From the NCBI GenBank assembly GCA_963807405.1, contig CAWEBU010000003.1, forward strand, positions 422,158 to 486,157: 64,000 bases of DNA. Direction: 5' to 3'. Both the position numbers and the translations under genes were made by a program. The notes under the pieces are model-generated. The model did not search any database, was not told the DNA's origin, and worked only from the letters and a program-made list of their open reading frames with translations. This document shows positions 56,726-64,000 of this stretch, in pieces; position 1 is the first letter of the stretch, and every line of letters starts with the position of its first letter. The DNA is from an uncultured Acidobacteriota bacterium. Its GTDB lineage: Bacteria; Acidobacteriota; Vicinamibacteria; Vicinamibacterales; UBA2999.

Positions 56726-56906
56726 GGCAGGTACTCCAGTCGAGCCAGTAAGCGGCGTGCGCGAACGGGGTCGTCACGCAGACACGCCAGAACGTCGACA
56801 GCGAGACGATGTCGATGGCGTAACGACGCCAGCGGGAATAGGGAGGTTGCGCGGGGGTTGTGAAATCTGGGGCCGACAAGGCGCGCGTTTCGATAGGATG
56901 AGGTGG

Positions 56907-57875
56907 ATGTCATCTACCCGCCTCGTCGTCGCCTGCGCGCTCGCCGCGTTCCTCCTGTCATTCCCGTCGTTGTCCGCGGTACACGCCCAGCCTCCCGCCG
57001 GATCCGCCCCGGCCGCCCTTCAACCGGACCCTCCGTCCACCTGCTCGAACTGCGCCGAGTGGAACGCGCCGCGTCAGCCCTTCAAGGTCTACGGCAACAC
57101 CTGGTTCGTCGGACCGGCCGGCGTGTCGGCGCTGCTCATCACGTCTGACCAGGGGCACATCCTCGTCGATACGGGGCTGCCGCAGAGCGCGGCCGTCATC
57201 GATGCGAACATCCGCGCGCTCGGCTTCAAGACCACCGACGTGAAGCTCATCCTGACCTCGCACGGCCACTACGACCACGTGGGCGGCGTGCATGCGCTGC
57301 AACGCTACACGCGGGCGGAGGTGGTGGGCAGTCCGCAGACCGCGCGAGCCCTCGCCATCGGCGGTCCAACGCCGGACAATCCGCAGGCACCACCCGCGCC
57401 GCCCCCCGGCGTGGACTACTTCCCCGCCGTCGAGAACGTGCGCGGCGTGAAGGATGGTGAGGTCGTGAAGGTGGGCTCGCTGGCGGTCACCGCGCATCAT
57501 GTGCCCGGCCACACGCCCGGCGCCACGACCTGGACGTGGCAGTCGTGCGAGGGCACGCGCTGCCTGAACATGGTCTACGCCGACAGCATCTCGACGGTCT
57601 CGAACGAGGGCTTCCGCTTCACCGGTGATGGAGCGCGCGCCAGCCTCATCCCGAGTTTCCGCGCCAGCATCAACAAGTTCGCGGCCCTGCCGTGCGACAT
57701 CATGGTCTCGACGCATCCTGCCGCGTCGAACATGGACGCGAAGCTGAAGAAGCGCGCGGCCATGAAGGCCGGCGATCCCGACCCGTTCATCGAGCCGGGC
57801 GCCTGTAAGGCGCTGGCGGCCACATCCATGAAAGCCCTCGACGAGCGGGTCAAGGCCGAGGGCGTGAAGAAGTAG
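56907..57875 (+). CDS. Subclass B3 metallo-beta-lactamase
   Basis: WNAPRQPFKVYGNTWFVG, HGHYDH, PGHTPG, THP; signal peptide. Confidence 0.88.
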   Translation: MSSTRLVVACALAAFLLSFPSLSAVHAQPPAGSAPAALQPDPPSTCSNCAEWNAPRQPFKVYGNTWFVGPAGVSALLITSDQGHILVDTGLPQSAAVIDANIRALGFKTTDVKLILTSHGHYDHVGGVHALQRYTRAEVVGSPQTARALAIGGPTPDNPQAPPAPPPGVDYFPAVENVRGVKDGEVVKVGSLAVTAHHVPGHTPGATTWTWQSCEGTRCLNMVYADSISTVSNEGFRFTGDGARASLIPSFRASINKFAALPCDIMVSTHPAASNMDAKLKKRAAMKAGDPDPFIEPGACKALAATSMKALDERVKAEGVKK

Positions 57876-57938
57876 ACCGGCGGTACGAGACGGACCTGCC
57901 GCGCGGCAGGCCCGTCCGCCAGCGTCACCGGGATCGCC

Positions 57939-60138
57939 TCACACGATCTCGAGTGCGAAGGCCACCGTGTCGCGCAGCCCGCCCTGGTGCAGGAAGCCGG
58001 CGCCGTTGGTGGTCTTGAGCGACAGCGTGAGGTTCACGGCGAAGCTGCACTTGACGTGCGGGCCGAGCAGCGCCGAGAACGCCACGCCCGTCGAGAGCGC
58101 CGCGGCGGCCGGCGGCATGCCGGCGTTGGCGGCGGCGTCTACGACCGGCAGGTTGCCGTTTTCGATGTCCGGAGGCGTGTGCACCGGCCCTTCGAGTCCG
58201 CGGAAGGCCGTCAGTGCGTAGCGGTGCAGGAACATCTCCTCGGGATGGAAGGCACGGTGCCGCACGTGCAGCAGCGCCGTGCCCGGTCCCTCGAGGAAGA
58301 GGCAGGTGCCGACGGGCACCGGACTGCCCGCCACCTGCACGCCCTCGATGTCGCCGGTGCCGGTGCGGTTGTCCCACCACAGCATGTGGGTGAGGCCCGA
58401 GAACGGCACCGTCGGGAACGTGTCGACGCCGCCGGCCTGTGTCCACAGGTGGTACTGGAACGGTGCGTCGGTGCCCGGCCCCGCCGCGCCCGTGGGACGC
58501 AGCCGCTGCCCGGCCGCGTTGAACACCTCCACGGTGAGCAGGTGACGGCCGTTGCCGAACTCGGTCGTGTCGATCTGGCCGTGGAACTGATTGGCCAGCC
58601 ACTCTTCGTTCGACGGCAGATCCGCGTCGTAGGGAATCGTCCACAGGTCGGTCTCGCCGCTCGCCACGGGTCCGGCCGCCAGCGGCACGGCAATCACCTC
58701 GATGCTGCCGCCGGTGAAGCGGAACTTGCGCCACTGCGTGGAGGGTGGCCCGATGCGTTGCGGGGTGCCCACCGGATTCCCGGCCCCGTCGGACCCCTGC
58801 ACGGTGAGCCGGTAGTACTTCGCGCCGGCGCCACGTAGCGGCTCACTGAAGCGATAGAGCAGGTTCAGCGTGCCGCCGAGGTTGCAGTTCCGGAGCGCAC
58901 CCTTGGCTGCCGCGAGCGAAGGCGCGGGGAACAGCAGACCGCTGTTGAAGGCTGGCGCGCTCACGCGGTCCCAGCTGGCCGGCACCGGCGATTCGAGGTC
59001 GTGGCTCTCGGTGCGAGCCGATGAGCTCGAGGAACACCGCCGCGCCTGGGACGGGCGGCGTGTCGCCGCCGCGGCAGGTGATGGCCCGGCGATCGTAGGT
59101 GGTCAGCGTCGGCGTCTCGCCGAGCCCGAACCATTGCCCGGCCGCGCGTCCGTCGTAGATCGTGATGGTGGTGCCGTTGACGAGCTGCTTGACGACATAC
59201 GCGACCTGGTCGTGGCAGTGGATCGGCGTGATGAACGGGAAGCTCCGCCAGCAGACCTGGAACTCGCCATCGGGCTGCAGGAAGCCGGAACCCACGAGGC
59301 GCGGTGTGCCGCAGCGGAAGAAGCGGCGGAAGTACGGCCGCGCCTCGATGTAGGCCGCCTGCTCGGCCGGCGGCAGCGAGCGCAGGGCCACGAGGTCGCG
59401 CCCGGCGTTGAGCAGCAGTTCATCGGGCACGCCGCCGCGCAGGAACGGCGCGGGGTCGGGTCCAGGACCCGGGAAGGGACCGATGGGGTCCGGCCCGATC
59501 GGTCCCGGATCGGGATCCGGGATGGGGATGGGAATCCGCTCGAGCTCGCGGATGATCTCGTCGATGCGTGGATCGAAGACCACGATCGGGCGCCAGCAGC
59601 AGCGCCTGAGGTAGACCTCGACCACCCCCTCGCAGACCGCGTAGCACCGGCGCGGGAAGATCAGGTCGGTGGCGAGACCCGGGGCGAACCTCGAGATGTC
59701 GACGCGAGGCGCGAGCGTGTCGGCGGCGGCGGCGCGGATGCCTGCCCGCGCCGGCAGGTTCGGCGCGAGGAGGTCGGTGAACCACGGAAACGGCCAGCGG
59801 CAGGCGCGCACGCGGCCAGTGACGCAGCGCCGAAGCGGCCACAGGCGCTCCCAGCGCCCACGGGCCAGTTCGATCGTGCCGTTGCCGCGCAGGAGCTCGG
59901 CCACGTGCCGGGCGCGAAGGAGCACGACGGCGTCGCGCGAGAGGGTCTCGCTTTTCTCGTCGGCGGCGGCGATCGCGACGTAGGCCGCCTCCTTCAAGGC
60001 GTCCTCTTTCAGATCGACGTTCCCCTTGTCGTCGACCTTCAGGGTCGTGAGCGGCGCGAGGGTCGCGTCGGTGAGGTGGACGACGAGCGCGGGCGCTTTC
60101 TCGTCGGAGGTGCGATCGACCAGAACGATTCGTGCCAT
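57939..60138 (-). CDS. Large hypothetical protein with Pro-rich linker; apparent frameshift near 59017
   Basis: Two consecutive host-like ORFs (60138 to ~59020 and ~59017 to 57939) join with a one-base correction; GGGGAG RBS. Confidence 0.65.
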
Positions 60139-60291
60139 GGCGGAACTCTCCCCAGGTGGTATTGGCGGCAGTCGGATGGTGCAAGCGCGGCGGGGGATGC
60201 CGGGCCGGCGTGGCCGCGCGGGCGTGCACTCGACACGCGAGACCTCAACACTAGGGGACGGCCACGACCACGCTTTTTTGCAACGGGTTTT

Positions 60292-60375
60292 TTGTAACGG
60301 GGTCTGTCACCGTCACGGGTTGTAACGGGGTCTGTCACGGTCACGGAGTTGTGACGGTGACAGACCCCGTTACAA
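60292..60375. repeat. REP/REPIN cluster 7 (2 forward + 1 reverse)
   Basis: Forward copies at 60292 and 60320; reverse copy at 60357. Confidence 0.92.
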
Positions 60376-60413
60376 CTCCAGGCGCGCTTGCCGCGGGCGC
60401 GGAGGGCGGGGGA

Positions 60414-61082
60414 TCAGGGGCGGGGCGGCGCCGGCACCAGCGCGTCCCACACGTGACCAACGGCCGCGGCGGCCATGCTCTCGATCGACCTGCCGCCCGG
60501 CGTCAGCTGCCCACCGATGGCGAGCATCGCCGTACCGTGCACGCTCGCCCACACGAACACCGCCAGGTCGAGCGGATCGCCAGCGCGCACGAGGCCGGCC
60601 TGCTGCAGCTCGATCAGCGCATCGACAAGGACCTGGAAGGCGGCCTGGCCTTCCGCCGCCAGCTCCGACCGCACCTGCGCTTGCGGCTCATCGCACTCAG
60701 GCGTGTCGGCGCCCGCGGCGAGGTAGTCGCCGAACATCACGCGGTAGTAGGGCGGGTTCTCGAGCGCGAAGCGGATGTAGGCGCGGCCCATCGCGAGAAA
60801 GCCGTCGCGGCCACGGCCGGCGCCGTCCCAGGCGCGCAGCAGCGCGTCGCGAAAGGCGCGGAAGCCCTGCGTGGCCACCGCGGCCAGCAGCGACTGCTTG
60901 TCGGCGAAGTGCCGGTAGAGCGCGGTCCGGGACACTCGCAAGCCGGCCCCGACCTCCCGCAGCGTCAGCGCGTCCACGCCGCGGGCCCGGATCGTGGCCA
61001 CGGCCTGATCCACGAGCGCCTGGCGCAAGTTGCCGTGGTGGTAGGCGTTGCGCCGCTTGCGCTGGGGTGTGGCGATGGGCAC
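60414..61082 (-). CDS. TetR/AcrR family regulator (WHG-type C-terminus)
   Basis: YHHGNLRQAL, LTLREV..VSRTALYRHF, WASVHG; start uncertain. Confidence 0.9.
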   Translation of the reverse strand: MPIATPQRKRRNAYHHGNLRQALVDQAVATIRARGVDALTLREVGAGLRVSRTALYRHFADKQSLLAAVATQGFRAFRDALLRAWDGAGRGRDGFLAMGRAYIRFALENPPYYRVMFGDYLAAGADTPECDEPQAQVRSELAAEGQAAFQVLVDALIELQQAGLVRAGDPLDLAVFVWASVHGTAMLAIGGQLTPGGRSIESMAAAAVGHVWDALVPAPPRP

Positions 61083-61112
61083 GGCGGGCACACCTCCACC
61101 ATACGCGGCCAG

Positions 61113-61164
61113 TGTTGACACGGTCAACATAGAACCTGTAGAGTAATGTTAACGATGGCAACAT
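61113..61164. promoter_or_regulatory. Two palindromic putative TetR operators overlapping a sigma70-like promoter
   Basis: TGTTGAC-ACG-GTCAACA (61113-61129) and ATGTTAAC-GAT-GGCAACAT (61146-61164); TTGACA at 61115, TAGAGT at 61139. Confidence 0.7.
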
Positions 61165-61190
61165 TCACCGCAGCTGATCAGGGGGACACG

Positions 61191-62120
61191 ATGCAGGCAG
61201 GGCAACGACAGCTGATACGGACAGGATGGCTGCTGGCAGGGCTGGGCACCGTCTTCGGCGCATTGATGCTGCTGGATCCGCGCGTCATCGAGGGTGCGCC
61301 GGCGTGGCTCAAGCCGCTCAAGTTCGCTGTCTCGACGTCCATCTACAGCTTCACGCTGGCGTGGATCCTGACCTTCCTGCCGGCGTGGCCACGGCTGGCA
61401 CGGCGGGCCGCCAACCTGACCGCGGCGGTGTTCGTCGTGGAGGTGGCGCTCATCGCCGTGCAGGCGGCGCGCGGCACGACCAGCCACTTCAACACCAGCA
61501 GCGTCGTCGATGCTGCCGTCTTCGGCGCGATGGGCGTGGCCATCGTCGCGCAGACGCTGGCGGCCATCGCCGTCACGATCGCGCTCTGGCGCCAGACGTT
61601 GGCCGACCGCGCGCTGGGCTGGGCCTTGCGTTTCGGCATGACCATCGCCATCGCGGGGGCCAGCGTGGGCGGGATGATGACGCAGCCGACGACAGCCCAG
61701 CTCGCGGAGGCGCGCGCGTCCGGCCGGATGCCGCGTGCCGGTGCCCACACCGTCGGCGCACCGGACGGCAGCCCGGGCCTTCCTGGCACGGGCTGGAGCC
61801 TCGCGCACGGCGACCTCCGCGTGCCGCACTTCGTCGGCCTGCACGCCATGCAGGCCCTGCCGCTGGTGGCGCTCTTCGCCACCCGCGTCCGTCGCGAGCG
61901 GGCACGCGTGCGCGTGGTGGTCAGCGTGGCCGCCAGCTACGCGACGCTGTTCGCAATCCTGCTGGCGCAGGCGATGATGGGCCAGTCGCTGACCGCGCCG
62001 GCCGGACCTGTGGGGTGGGCGTTGCTGACCTGGGCGGCTGCAACCGCCGTCCTGGCCGTCGCTGCGGGACGGACGGACGGCCAGTCGCGCGCTGTCCGGT
62101 ACGTGCGGGAGGTTGCATGA
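61191..62120 (+). CDS. Conserved multi-TM membrane protein
   Basis: WLKPLKFA, SHFN, GDLRVPHFVGLHAMQ. Confidence 0.75.
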   Translation: MQAGQRQLIRTGWLLAGLGTVFGALMLLDPRVIEGAPAWLKPLKFAVSTSIYSFTLAWILTFLPAWPRLARRAANLTAAVFVVEVALIAVQAARGTTSHFNTSSVVDAAVFGAMGVAIVAQTLAAIAVTIALWRQTLADRALGWALRFGMTIAIAGASVGGMMTQPTTAQLAEARASGRMPRAGAHTVGAPDGSPGLPGTGWSLAHGDLRVPHFVGLHAMQALPLVALFATRVRRERARVRVVVSVAASYATLFAILLAQAMMGQSLTAPAGPVGWALLTWAAATAVLAVAAGRTDGQSRAVRYVREVA

Positions 62121-62542
62121 CACCCGAGTCCGTCTTTTCCGCCGCCAGCACCACCGCGCTCGTGAGCTGGCTGCTGCTCGTCGTCCGTCCGCGCGCACGG
62201 TGGGTGCAGGTCGTCACTGGCACCGTGGTGCCGCTCGCATTCGCGGTGCTCTACGTGGCGATCATCTCGCTGCGGCTCGGACGCGGCGAGGGCGACTTCA
62301 GTTCCCTGGCCGGCGTGACTGCCCTGTTCTCCGACCCGTGGGTGCTGCTGGCCGGCTGGGTTCACTACCTGGCCTTCGATCTGCTGACCGGCGCGTGGGA
62401 GACCCGCGACGCGGCCAGGCGCGGAATCCCGCACTGGATGGTCGTGCCGTGCCTGCTGCTCACCTTCACGCTCGGCCCGGCCGGCTGGCTGCTTTACCAG
62501 GGCGTGCGGAGGGTGGGAGTTGCCACGAGGTCGCAGTTGTAA
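62117..62542 (+). CDS. ABA4-like (DUF4281) membrane protein
   Basis: LAGWVHYLAFDL, LTFTLGPAG; stop codon lies inside a REP copy. Confidence 0.85.
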   Translation: MTPESVFSAASTTALVSWLLLVVRPRARWVQVVTGTVVPLAFAVLYVAIISLRLGRGEGDFSSLAGVTALFSDPWVLLAGWVHYLAFDLLTGAWETRDAARRGIPHWMVVPCLLLTFTLGPAGWLLYQGVRRVGVATRSQL

Positions 62543-62648
62543 CGGGGTCTGTCACGGTCACGCGAGGTAACGGGGTCTGTCACCGTCACAACTCCGTGAC
62601 GGTGACAGACCCCGTTACAAACCGTGACCGTGACAGACCCCGTTACAA
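62537..62648. repeat. REP/REPIN cluster 8 (2 forward + 2 reverse)
   Basis: Forward copies at 62537 and 62565 (variant AGGTAAC...); reverse copies at 62602 and 62630. Confidence 0.92.
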
Positions 62649-62688
62649 CGTCTTGCGCACGGCGGGCGGCGCCCGTAGATTAGGCGCC

Positions 62689-64000
62689 ATGAGCATCCGC
62701 AAGAGCCGTCGCGACTTCATGAACCTGACCGGCATCGGCATGGCCGGCCTGGTGGGCGCCCCCCTCACCGGCCGTGCCGCCGGCCAGACGGCCAACCGGC
62801 CCGCCAGCGGCTCATCGGGCGATCTCACGCCTGATCTCGTCGTCGTCAACGCCACGGTCTACACCATGGACACGCGCGCCCCGCGCGCGGAGGCCTTCGC
62901 GGTGAAGGACGGCCGCTTCGTGGCCGTCGGCTCGACCGCCGACGTCCGCAACCTGGCCATCCAGCCGCACCGAGGTCTTCGACGCCAAGGGCCTGACCAT
63001 CGTGCCGGGGTTCATCGACTGCCACAACCACGCCGGCGGCGAGACGCTGCTCTACGATGTGCTCGTCGGCAACCCCTTCGAAGTGGAGTTCGTCAGCATC
63101 CTCAGCATCGTCGGCAAGCTCAAGGCGCGGGCGCAGCAGACGCCGCCCGGCACGTGGGTCGAGGGCTACTTCTTCGACGACACCAAGGTGAAGGACACGC
63201 GCGGTCTGCACATCAGGGACCTCGACGAAGTCTCGAAGGACCACCCGGTGGTGGTGCGCCATCGCGGCGGTCACACGTCCTTCTACAACAGCAAAGCCTT
63301 CGAGATGGCCGGCGTCACCAAGGCCACGCCGAATCCGATGGGCGGCACCTACGACAAGGATCCGAACGGCGAGTTGAATGGCCGCGTGACCGATCGCGCC
63401 ATGGATCCGCTGCGCAAGATCGGCGACCGTCCCACCTACTCCGCCGCCGAGCTCGAGAAGCGCGGACGCGACGGCATCGCCCACATCTCGAAGCAGTTCG
63501 CACGCTACGGGCTCACGAGCGTGCATCACGAAGGCGGCAACCTGGCCGCCATCCAGGAAGTGCGCGCCCGCGGCGAGCTGCTGCATCGCGTGAGCTACGA
63601 GCCACAGAACGCCGTCCTCGACGCCATGATTGCCAGCGGCATCCGGACCGGCTTCGGCGACGAGTGGATCAAGTTCGGCGCCACCTCCGAGCACACCGTG
63701 GACGGCTCCTTCTCAGAGCGCACGATGGCGCTCAGCGTGCCCTATCCGGGCGTGACGCCGCCCTACAAGGGCAACGTCACCGAGACACAGGACGTCCTGA
63801 ACGCGTGGGTCGAGCGCGTGCACCGCGCCGGCATCCAGGTCAACGTGCACGCCAACGGCGACGTGGCGATCGACAGCTTCCTGACAGCGATGGAGCGCGC
63901 TCAGAAGCTCTTCCCGCGCGCTGACGCACGGCCGAAGATCACGCACTGCACGCTCATCACGCCGGAACTCGTCGCGCGCATCAAGGCGCTCGGCGCGGTG
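62689..64000 (+). CDS. YtcJ-like amidohydrolase (amidohydro_3) with Tat signal; frameshift near 62960; truncated by the window end
   Basis: SRRDFM, AEAFAV..GRF, then shifted frame PGFIDCHNH, DGS, HANGDVAID, HC. Confidence 0.88.

Noticed and set aside
56763..56777. GAACGGGGTCGTCAC, a possible decayed REP core
   Set aside because: Single, gapped and lacking TTGT. Too weak to count as a copy.

Overview
GC-rich bacterial chromosomal window. Two tandem ADOP-type duplicated permeases and many secreted peptidases and hydrolases suggest Acidobacteriota, possibly Vicinamibacteria (inference). About 53 genes can be supported, mostly ordinary metabolic, envelope and regulatory functions. No rRNA, tRNA or CRISPR array was recognised. 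The main non-genic signal is a 19-nt repeat (TTGTAACGGGGTCTGTCAC / GTGACAGACCCCGTTACAA) seen about 24 times in 8 intergenic clusters. Copies usually repeat at an exact 28-nt period and often form head-to-head palindromes. Two clusters bracket an HUH/Y1 tyrosine transposase (RAYT-like, 52683-53309), so this looks like a REP/REPIN-RAYT system with its enzyme present. The outer repeat ends coincide with host signals: they supply stop codons (TTG TAA) and TACAAT -10 boxes placed 6 nt before start codons, the same geometry as the host's many apparently leaderless promoters. Many genes, especially at 28.1-37.4 kb, carry single-base frameshifts that look like long-read assembly errors. Coordinates of frameshifted genes are approximate. 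All product calls come from motif recognition, not database searches.
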